Position numbers and translations under genes: made by a program. From the NCBI GenBank assembly GCA_010093815.1, contig ML996573.1: DNA of 64,000 bases. The stretch is one strand, 5' to 3'. Below are positions 34,567-44,714 of the stretch, one piece after another. This DNA comes from Pseudovirgaria hyperparasitica. Its lineage: Eukaryota. Numbering within the stretch: the stretch's first letter is position 1; each line of letters begins with the position of its first letter. Under the pieces are notes generated by a model, which made no database searches, was not told the origin of the DNA, and worked only from the letters and a program-made list of their open reading frames with translations.

Positions 34567-36859
34567 CTACCCACGACTCCCACACCCCCGCCTCGTCACC
34601 GACTTACGACGCGGACCAGCCACCTCAGTCTCCGCTTCCCGCTTCTTTGCCGACGATCGTTTCGATGGCGGCGCCGTCGGTGTCTGTGCCGGCTCAGTGG
34701 CTTTGGACGTTGCGGCGGCGTCGCGCAGTCTCCGTTCTCGCTCTGCGATTCTGGCGCTGCGGCGGAGGGGCTGCGAGGACTGCGAGGACTGTTGTTGTTT
34801 CTGCTGCTGCTGCTGCGAAGAAGAAGAAGGAGGAGGAGAGACTTGGCCGTTCGTTTTCTTTCGAGGGTTGCGTTGTCGCTTGGGCTTGGCTGGAGTTGGG
34901 TCGGCTGCTGGGTTGGATGCGAGAGTCGTGATGCGCCGTGGTCGCTTGCTGGGGGTGTGTTCGCTGGGTTGGATATCAGGTGCCTTGTCTGCGAGACTCG
35001 CGATGCGCCTTGGTCGCTTGCTAGAGTTGTGTTCGCTGGGTTGGATATTAGGGGCATTATCTACGTGATTCGTAGTACGCCTTAGCCGCTTACTAGAGGT
35101 GTGTTCGCTGGGTTGGATATCAAGTGCCTTGTCTGCGAGACTCGCGATGCGCCTTGGTCGCTTGCTAGAGTTATGTTCGTTAGGTTGGATATCAAGTGCG
35201 TTATCTGCATGATTTGCAGTACGCCTTGACCGCTTGGAGGGTGGTTCTTGGAAACTGGCATCCGCTGGTGCAAGTCGGTCCGAGCCGCGGCCGCTCACAC
35301 CTTCACCACGGCTCTGCTGTTGGGAAATTCGATCGAGCTCTTCTGATCGATTGCGGCTGCGTTTGCGTAGGTTCTTTCCGCCCCTCTTGTCCGATACAGG
35401 TGCATTGGGCGGATTCAGCTCGGCCTCGATCAAGGGAATCTGCTGAAGCATCCATCGCAAGAGTACCTCGTGGTGCTCAGCATCTTTCTTGGCAGTACGG
35501 TAAACCCTTGTCCGATGAATGAATTCGATAAGGCAATCACTGCGTCTCTGGAGCGACGCAACTTCCGCCTGGATCGTCTCCAGTCTGGATCGTGCTTTTG
35601 ACAATCGATTTTGAAGTGTCTGTTTGGAGAGCTTGGACTGTTGCCATTCAGCCATGGCAGTCTCCGCCGAGGTCACAGCTAATGTCGCGGATTGCATAGC
35701 CCTCTTGGCCGTCCCAAATTCGCTCGCATTGCGACATTTGTTTTCGACATCGCATATGGACTCCTCCGTCTCCTCGGGCCTCAGCACTTCCGAGTCAACG
35801 AGCTTCGTCCAAGCATTGTCGTGCTGTTCCTGATGCGTCCTGACAGAGCCTAAATAGTAGTCGTACCACCAGTACTCAAAGGCAAGGTATTCGATCCAGG
35901 TCGTCATCTTGTCCTGTCGGGTAGCATCTTTGTCGAGCTGGAACGGCCGCTCAAATCCATGCCTTGCCAGTCGTTCTTTCAGCGCCTCAGCATACTCCGG
36001 AAAGCCGCACTGGCCTATTTTTTTCCCATTGCACTTGACGAATAGTCGCCATGACATGTACGACGTGCTGAGCTGCACATAATTTTCACGCTGCTGATCT
36101 AGTCGCCATGAATTCTGCCAGTCCTTTTCAGAATATCCCATCTCTGCCATCCAAGGGGAGTGAAAAGCCCAATTCGCACTTTCCTCATCCCAGAGACTTC
36201 GCCAATAATCATACCCTCTTTGTCCCCTTGCGAATCGCTGGAGTGCACGGAAATCTCGCCATCTCATTACTTGGACGTCAAACACCCTCCATCCACCGTT
36301 CGATTTTTTAGTATGCCAGAATGACAAGATCTCGCGGTACTCTCTAGGGTTCTCGACAATACTCTCAAGCATACTCAGTGGATGTGAAGGCCGGCCGCCA
36401 TCATCAACAAGCATGTTATAGTACCCGGTTTGGCGTCGTAGATCCTCCTGATATTCCTCCTCTGGATCTGGAGATTGTGATGCCGTGGTTGGGAGGGAGG
36501 GCGATCGACGCACTTGGTCTTGGAGCAGGGCAGTAACTTTATCAAGATCCACGGGGCGCGACTCGACTGTTCCGCTTCGGCGGCGCGCCCGGTCTCTGTC
36601 CATGGTTAGTTATTAGAGCACGATCAACGAGCAGGCTAGGAAGGCATTTACCTTAATCTCTGAATGAACTCATCTGGAAGGTTGTCTGGGTCCTCAACAC
36701 TGACGATCCTGCAGCTTAGGTTAGCAAGGCGGTAGGTTGGGTGATGGTATGCAGCGCTCACCTTCCGTGCTCGACCAGATATCGGTCCAGTTCCGCATCG
36801 CTGTAAGCAGCAATGTCGCGGGCAAACAGTTTCGGTGAGGACCTTTCGGGACATGCCAT
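34567..36859 (-). CDS. Hypothetical protein: W/Y-rich helical core, coiled coil and basic repetitive tail
   Basis: Exons 36762-36859, 36652-36708 and 34567-36595 join in frame via canonical introns. Core motifs GGRPSHP, RWRDFR..Q and QDKMTTWIEYLAFEYWWYD. Tail has 24-aa SKRxRR repeats. Confidence 0.75.
34930..35235 (-). repeat. Coding 72-bp (24-aa) tandem repeat, four copies plus a partial, in A-B-A-B order
   Basis: SKRSRRTANHADNALDIQPNEHNS / SKRPRRIASLADKALDIQPSEHTS / SKRLRRTTNHVDNAPNIQPSEHNS / SKRPRRIASLADKAPDIQPSEHTP. Confidence 0.9.
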
Positions 36860-36960
36860 AGCTCGTCTGCGCAAAAAGTGCAGAGGAGATGGGCTGGGAG
36901 GCGATGCGGTCTGGGGAGAGCTGATCAGTGTTTCTTTCTGCTTGTGCCAGTTCACACAAA

Positions 36961-37340
36961 CATGTGTGGGAAATTCAGTAGATCTGACGTGACAAAAGTG
37001 ATTAACATATCTTAACTAGTCTATTTACCAACTATATATACAAGCCTGGTGCTGTGGAATGTGCCAAGACATTAGGCATAAGCATAACCAGCTCCATCAT
37101 GAAGTAGTTACCTAGCATCATCCAACTCCAATACGATTATATTGGCTGTCAGCGCTGAACAAGATCTGAGTCATAACGATGACATAACAAAAATCCGACA
37201 CATGTGTGGGAACTTTGGTAAATGGGACGTGGCAAAATTAATTGACGTCTCTACTAAGTTTACCTGCATGCTATATATACCAGCCTAGTGCTGAATAAGA
37301 TCTGAAGAATAAGGATGACCTAATAGAAATCCCGCACATG
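36961..37340. repeat. Two tandem related units, each bounded by imperfect inverted CATGTGTGGGA...TCC(G/C)(A/G)CACATG ends
   Basis: Units 36961-37204 and 37201-37340 share GACGTG.CAAAA, CTATATATAC.AGCCT.GTGCTG and GCTGAA.AAGATCTGA..GATGAC.TAA. Confidence 0.75.
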
Positions 37341-37952
37341 CCAGCAGTCAATGTCACGTGCAGTTCGCAACGTTCCCGCCAAGATTCGACTGCGCTAACT
37401 TTAGTAGTTAGTAGCCGGGCCGAATACTTACTAAGAACAGTTAGTTCAGTCTATTAATACCTTACCATTTCTATTATACATAGACGCCTTACTCTATTAG
37501 ACTGGCATATTATTTCTCTAATAAATGGAATATAGGAGTTCAATGGCGTTCTTCTTTAACCTAATCGATAATCTTAACTTCGCTTTATCTATATATATAC
37601 ATATTTCAAAGCCAACTAGAGTCCTTAAACTGCCCCCTATTTGACGCTGATATTAGCGCTGTCCATCCGGATTAAGTACCCGGCGGTAACCCACTATATT
37701 CTTAGCGCGCCGGACACCGGGATGCCCTGGACGTTACCCAACGCGCTTTGCAGGCGTCTCGCCGCGATGTTGTGATGTTGATATCAATTGATATCCAACG
37801 AGATCGCGACATAGATTGGTTGCCTGAAACGAGCTGCATCCAGACTGCAGATTGATTAGACATAAGCGCTCTTCGGATGGAAGCTTTCTGCTTTTCGTGC
37901 ATCATGTCCAGCTCCCATCTAAACATTTAAGGCGGACCTCCCCTCCCATCTT

Positions 37953-38052
37953 CTGCTTGCCAAAACCTCATCCTGCTTGCCAAAACCTCATCCTGCTTGC
38001 CAAAACCTCATCCTGCTTGCCAAAACCTCATCCTGCTTGCCAAAACCTCATC
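37953..38052. repeat. Perfect 20-bp tandem repeat x5 (CTGCTTGCCAAAACCTCATC)
   Basis: Directly visible; ends ~30 bp upstream of the kinase ATG at 38082. Confidence 0.95.
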
Positions 38053-38081
38053 TGCCCTTTGATAGGAAGATTCACTGCATC

Positions 38082-39877
38082 ATGGGCGACATAATCGCTT
38101 ATTTGTTTCCATTCCAAGATGTCACCCAAACAGCACGCAGGGTGATCATAGACCCGGTCAACAGCCCGGAGGACTGCCCTCGGTACGTTGAAATGTCACT
38201 ACGATCGCCCGGGCGGGAGCCCGGACTAGAGTTGAGGTATAGCCACAAGCTCAAAGGCGGCCGAGGCATTGTCTTTGGGACTGACCCAAGGACCTGCGAC
38301 ATTGTCCTACCAGCGCTTCAAAACAGGGAAGGCCGACCTCTCGTCAGCAAGCAACATTTCTACATCACCTTCGATGCCCAACGTCGACTGGTTTTGCGTG
38401 ACTGCTCGACACACGGTACCACTGTCACGTACGACGGCAGGGGGAGCGCCAGCCGCAGCAACTCCGAATGGGTCATAGGCGGCGACATAGTCGCCGACAG
38501 CAGCAATCAAATCGTCATCGAAATTCATCCAACACTCAAGTTCCAGATCGTTGTCTCCAGGATTCGTTAAGACCTGGGTCTGTTCTTCAACACCGTCGAC
38601 CAATTTCTCAAGGACATCTGCCACGAATTAATGCCACCGGCTACTTTGGGAGAGCGTGAGTTCAAAAGCTCCCCCTAGCAGCAGAGACACCCTTATCCAA
38701 AGGCCCATTCTTCTGAAGCGAGAATTTCTAGGCGAACGGTTGTACGGAGTTGTAGATCGTGTCTGGGACGTTAGTACCGGGTTGGATTATGCTGCCAAGA
38801 CGTTTACTAGCTCGAAAGATATCGAATGGAGAAAGGAGGCGAGTGTGATGCGTAATACATCGTTTGTAGGCATAAATACCGCTGTAGCAACTATTGTACT
38901 TGTGTTTTTTCTAGAATCACATCCTCAAGCTTTACTTTACGTTGTGACGGTCGCTAGACAGGTTGTCACGCCCTCAGCTATTGCTGGAGTATCTTCCGCT
39001 CGGAAGCCTTGAGAAACAATATGGCGAACAAGTCATGTCTAGGCGCGATGTTTTGGCTCTGCTTCGTCAAAGCTCTTCAGCTTTGGCATACCTTCATGAT
39101 CAGAAGCCACTTATTGTCCATCGAGACGTCAAGCCGGAGAACATTCTCGTCTTATCTCGCAGCCCATTCCACATCAAACTATCAGACTTTGGCCTAGCAA
39201 AGGCAGGTAGCTTTTTGGAAACTAATTGCGGCACGCCCCGTTATATTGCTCCTGAGATCTCTCGCTCAGACTATGGCGAGAGCCGTAGATACACATGTGC
39301 CGTCGATATTTGGTCTCTTGGCGTTGTTGTCCTCGAGTACGGTTATAGTCTTCCGAGATATGATAGGAATTCACGACTATCCCGGGCTGAACAGATCATC
39401 GAAGGGTTGAAGAAGTGGAAGTCGGACACTGATGGCGTGTTCAATGTCTTGTCGGGCATGCTGGTCATAGACCCAAAGCAGCGGTTGTCAGCTAAAGAGT
39501 GTTTGGAAAGAGCACAGGGGCTAGAGGGGTCTCAAACACCGACTCAAACACCGAGACCAATGCCTTCTGAGAGACAGCAGCGTGAGGTTGAACCGCCGAA
39601 ACCAACGGCCATTGACCCCACTGCCCTCAAGCGTCCCGTCTCACCTAAGCTTGAAGGGGATATACGACAGCAACGCACCTCACGTCCTATCCAGGATGCT
39701 GAAGTCCAGGGACACAGCAAGCCAGGCGCCCAGGAACACGCCAGGCCAGACGTCCCGGGACACGCCAGGGACGAGGTCCCGCGTCATACTGACGCGCTGA
39801 CAACTACAGAGAAGCGAAAGAGAGTAACAGGGACATTATCTTCATCCGAAAGACGCGCAAAACGCACTGTTACATAG
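38082..39877 (+). pseudogene. FHA-like domain plus Ser/Thr protein kinase (CAMK/Chk2-like architecture), disrupted
   Basis: FHA-like IVFGTD..CDIVL..VSKQHFYITFD..LRDCSTHGT. Kinase motifs YAAK, IVHRDVKPENIL, KLSDFGLA, CGTPRYIAPE and DIWSLG. In-frame TAA at 38568-70, frame change near 38620-38655, TGA at 38945-47 after intron ~38866-38914, and a degenerate Gly loop (LGERLYGVV). Confidence 0.75.
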
Positions 39878-40689
39878 AGTTCACTGGGTCACCTACAATA
39901 TGACGAACCCAACTTTGCTCCAGATTCGGAGAATGATCTAAACCATGCTGTATATATTAAGCAGAACAGCAATATGGAGTGGGCCACGGATGGGAAAGGT
40001 AAAGAGAGCGCTAGTCATAGTACAGTGGCCCTACCTGGCAACAGTGTTTGCCAAAGCTTGGCGAATCATGGAGAACGCGTTCAGACTGGATAGCCTTGTG
40101 GCAGCATGCCTGCCCGAGGAAACACGTGGAGAAGTCTAAAGCGGATAAGGGAATTCTTGAGCAGATCCAGGCGCCCGTGTACGGACGCCCGCATCACCCC
40201 CTTCAAGGGAAATCCCGGCTTCTCGATTCAGTTGGCGCATGTCGCGCTACAATAAGCACCGAAGCGATCCTATCTGGGCCAGAATGCAGGGTGTGATGCA
40301 AACCCCCTAGACCAAAGCCTCGCGGCTTCACCGGACAGTACAAGGCCAGCCAATCTTTGGCTCGGCCTACGCGCTGGGGAAATACCTACGCACACACTGA
40401 AGTCTTTGAGTCACATCTGGTCAGCCAATGGCCTTGCGTCAACACCCACCCTCCTGTTACTCTCTCATTGCCGCATGCGATGATTGAAGCATTGTAGGTG
40501 AATAGCACCCTAGGCTTCTTGATTATGCTTGACTTTGATATAGGAACAAGGCACCGAGGTTCATTCAACCGTCCGACATTGGTTGGGTCTGAGACAATAC
40601 ACATGGCCGATGTTGAAAGGCAACTGTGGTAGTTGCAGACATGGGTATCTACAAGGCAATCAATGCAAGGCAGCCACAAGTGGGGTTTT

Positions 40690-41345
40690 AGGGTATTCCT
40701 GTAATATACGTATAATATTAGCTCTTGTAATAGTACTTTTTCTTTCCTTATTACCGTAAATACAGCTAATCTTGTATTATATAGTAGAAGTTAAGTTTCT
40801 ATATATGTATATAATACTTATTGAATAGGTTTTCATATAGAATATAATGATAAATTATTTATCTAACAAGCTAGACTATATTATTAAGTTAATATCTATC
40901 TAATTTCTTTAATACTAATAGCTCTATAGAATAATATATCTCTAGCTTTAATAAATATTATTGTCTCTGTTTCTAGCTTTTACAGAGGGTGATTTACCTA
41001 GAAACATTCGTTATTTTCTTAAGGCTTAGATCTCTAAGTACTCATGCACGAGTATTTTTAATCTCTATCTTCTTACCTAGAGCTGCATTTACTTACATAT
41101 GTGTAGATAAGTATATAAGGATACCAAAAGTAGATATAATAAGTATAGAGGTATATGTTCATCCCTCTACAAGCTTATTTTATATTAATAAAGTCTCTTC
41201 TAAGAGATAGAGAAAGGATAGAACCTTAGATGATAATCTATATAAAGAATATGTTAGTGTTTAGAGAGAACAAAAACTCTTCTTTCTCTTATTATACTCT
41301 ATGAGTCTATTTAAAAAATTTATAATATATAGATTTTTATGTAGA
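40690..41345. mobile_element. AT-rich, TpA-rich relic, probably a RIP-mutated repeat or transposon fragment
   Basis: Abrupt drop in GC, abundant TA/TAG/CTA, scarce CA/TG and no credible ORF. Family not identifiable. Confidence 0.6.
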
Positions 41346-41740
41346 GGCAGCGAGGTTTCACAGATTGGTTTCGATTGCGGTATTGTACGACCGCTGCCAC
41401 TCTTGTCAGCCGTTTTCAGACATCAATTTGGCTAGACACATGGGTAGGGAACAGGTGACCCGATAGCCTTCCTGTCGCCTGAATGAATATCCTATGACTC
41501 ATGCTCCTGTTCTCTGAGCTCTCGCTAACCTCTGTATTATCGCTCGCCTTGTTATGGTGAGTGACCGGCCTCTTAATGATCTAGGCTGCAGCGTTAGCGA
41601 TCTATAGGACAAGAATCTAGTGTCCCTTGCTTCTAGATTCCATGTCTAGCAGGTATAAAGTAGACTATCGGTATTGTGATCTCATCTGTTATTCCTTCTC
41701 ATCTACTTTCTAATCTATTCTCTTCTGCCGCTGTGCAAAT

Positions 41741-42959
41741 ATGGCGGAAGTTTATGATACTACTCGATTTGGCCAACTTTATTATGCATCACGGCAGCCT
41801 CGCTCTAATCATTTGTTCCTAGCAGCATACCATTTAGCTGAAATCTGCCAGAATGCTGGCATACAGTACGCGTTTCTGGGAGGGTGGACCGTTCAACTAC
41901 GGGGTGGCTCCCGCGAGACACAAGATGTTGATATTTCTGTAAAAACAACCATGGAGCTGTTTAAGAAGACTTTGCTCAAGATGCCGCGGTATGTGCTTAT
42001 GAGACACTTTAGGGGATAAGGGCTGTCTTTCTACTATCGTGAACGACTTGTATGAAAGCATACATACTAAACAATCGATAGGATCTGTTTCCCTCAAATT
42101 CATGGTCAAACAGCTGTGAATTTGTTCGTTCATACTGGGAAGTCTTACGATCAGGGTTATGACGACCTTCCAGATCTTGCCGTGCAAGTGGATGTAATCA
42201 TAAGTGGTAGATGACATACCGTTCTGAGAAATGAGTTTGGCTAATCGACCAGGAAACTTGAACAGTCCTACGGACATCAACAGTTCCACCTCAGAAACAA
42301 TCATTCTCCCGAACGGTTTCAATGCTAGGGTGATTAACATATTCTTTCTTTTGCGAGGGAAATTCAATGCATTCGTCACACGCGGACACACGAGTACAAA
42401 CGATTACGAAGACTTGGTCTTTCTTATTACTAGGTATCCAATGGTGATACCTCAGTACAGCAGTTATATTGACAAAGAATATCGACTGAAGTTTCTAGAG
42501 AAGTTCACAGCATCCAACGCGGGAAATGAAGGCCTTCTCAGGTTGATGAAACAGAGACTTGGACTAGTAGAGGGAAATAACAAAGGAACGAATGAAGGAA
42601 AAGAAAAAGCAGAAGAAGAGGAAGTAGAGGAGGAGGAGAAGAAGAAGGAAGAGGAAAATCTCAATTGGATCTGGGACGCAACACATGGGCAGTACAGGAG
42701 ATTGATCGAAGGCAAATGGCAGTGGGCTCCTGTCCAGCAGAAATCTTCTCAACCGGAAGCATATAGCACTGACTGGGCTTGGGATGATACACATGGCCTA
42801 TTCAAGAGATTTGTTGGAGGCGAATGGCAGTGGGCTCCTGTCCAGCAGCAATCTTCTCAACCGGAAGCATCTAGCATTGGCTGGGCTTGGGATGATACAC
42901 ATGGTCTATTCAAGAGATTTGTTGGAGGCGAATGGCAGTGGGCTTCTTCGTTGCATTGA
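41741..42959 (+). CDS. Nucleotidyltransferase-fold protein (AbiEii/type IV toxin-like motifs) with C-terminal Trp-rich 36-aa repeats
   Basis: Exons 41741-41988, 42082-42206 and 42253-42959 join in frame. Motifs YAFLGGWTVQLRGGSRETQDVDISV, VQVDVI and LLRGKFNAFVTR...NDYEDLVFL. TATAAAG at ~41655. Confidence 0.7.
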
Positions 42960-43437
42960 AGCGGAATGTCTGGACTCTTAAATGTCGTGCCAGTGCGTAG
43001 CAGTGGTCGGAACAGATAATTTACTTCTTAGAGAATGACCTTGGTCTACTGTATTATCTGGCAGATCTTCACTAGTATCGCAGTGTAATATGTTGATAGG
43101 CTAGCTATAGAAAGTTGGTAGTTTGACGTCAGCTATAATTAGCCGTTCCGATCCAGTACGGTTTTACTATTTCGCCTCCTTTGGGATTTGTAGAGCGAGT
43201 GACGACTACTGTGGCGAAGATTGTATATAGACACGTAGTGGTGCAAAGAAATTTGCATCACGATCGTCATGGTGCTCTACGAGGAAATCAATGCTTTTAT
43301 TGTTTAGGATGCCGAAAAAGACGTGTGATGGATGTGGGTCGAATAGGGTTCGTCTTGAAGTAATAGACAAGCACTGCATAACAGAAGGAACTACGATATG
43401 TATCTTCAACCTGGGATTCTCTTCCTCACAAGATTTC

Positions 43438-44245
43438 CTAACACCCATCGCGCTCTTCTCTCCACGGTTCGGATATTGATCCTTTCAGCATGAACCGTGT
43501 TTCGAACAATTCATGGGGCAGCATCACTTGTAATAACCTTTCCTTCTTGTCTTCCGTAACCTTCCGCCACATCGACATCGTCTCGACGTGACAAGTGGGC
43601 AACACACTGGCTGCTAGCGAAATGTCCAACTTTCCTTCGCCTCCCATCAATTCTGCGTTACGTTGATGCGCCCATTCCACGTCGGTCTTTCCTTTGAGAT
43701 CCAAGTTTGTGATTCCCCAATCATAATCCAGGTTCGCTCCATCAACAATATCGCACAGCGATACCAGGTCGTATTTGTCCAAGTAGCTCTGTACTAAATC
43801 CGGTAGTGGTGCATACGGAACTCCGTTTGAGCTTCTCCACACAGAAACTTGGTCAATCGGTATTCGGGCATGGAGAGATGGCACCAGGCAGAACTCATAG
43901 TCTACCTCAGTTCCCCGAAACCATGTGTACATGTGCGCGAACGACATGGGCTGAGGATACCGCTTCTCATTTGTTTGTGTGTATTCCTCATGCTGTCGTA
44001 TTATATCCGCAGCCTCATCCACCTTTTCAGTCGCTACACAAATCTCCCACTTCTGTTCAGATGTTAAGATCATAGTATTCTCAATAAGATTTCTTTGGAC
44101 TTACGTCTCGTACTCGTAGCGCACCATAAAACATGAGTGCGGAGACGCCAACAACACAACACGGGATCCCATTCTGTTCTAGAAGGCACGTCACATCGCG
44201 AATTTCGAAGGTCCCATGTCCGCCGCATGATGCCAGCCTCTTCAT
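43438..44245 (-). CDS. Divergent nucleotidyltransferase-like fungal hypothetical protein
   Basis: Exon 44105-44245 and intron 44053-44104 join ORF 43438..44073, giving LEQNGIPCCVVGVSALMFYGALRVRD|KWEICV; later GVPYAPLPDLVQSYLD and LCDIVDG. Confidence 0.6.
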
Positions 44246-44714
44246 GTTGTCTTGTTGAGTCTTATCTGGTCGTCCTTAGCAATGTGCGGTCGTAACCTGA
44301 TGCATCGAAGTGAATGCAAATGGTTACCTAGCGGGCGTTAGACGATGATATAGTGGAGCCTTAGGCCGTACTAGTGCGGTCCCGGTTAGTCCGTGGGCGA
44401 CGCCAAGATCTCCGCCCTTGGCACCTTCCCGATTAAGCAGTTGTCAACATTGAACCATCCATGATATTCGTGACTCGTGCAGGTATCCGCATACTTGACT
44501 AGACACAACATACTCGACCATACACTTGACCCGGTCCCGCTTTCCCACTCGGCCAGTGATCCAAACATGGATGGTGATCGACGGCCAGCCACTCAATCTT
44601 CATTGATCACCGAGCTCGAACGAGATGCTATAAAGGCGTGCCACGGTGTCGACAATTGTGCCGCACCTCGTCCCTCTCTATCTCCTTGGAGGTCCCTGGA
44701 ACACTTCTGTCGCC

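Noticed and set aside
32060..44350. Starship or other autonomous transposon call for the island
   Set aside because: No tyrosine recombinase, transposase, RT or terminal repeats could be identified in the window.
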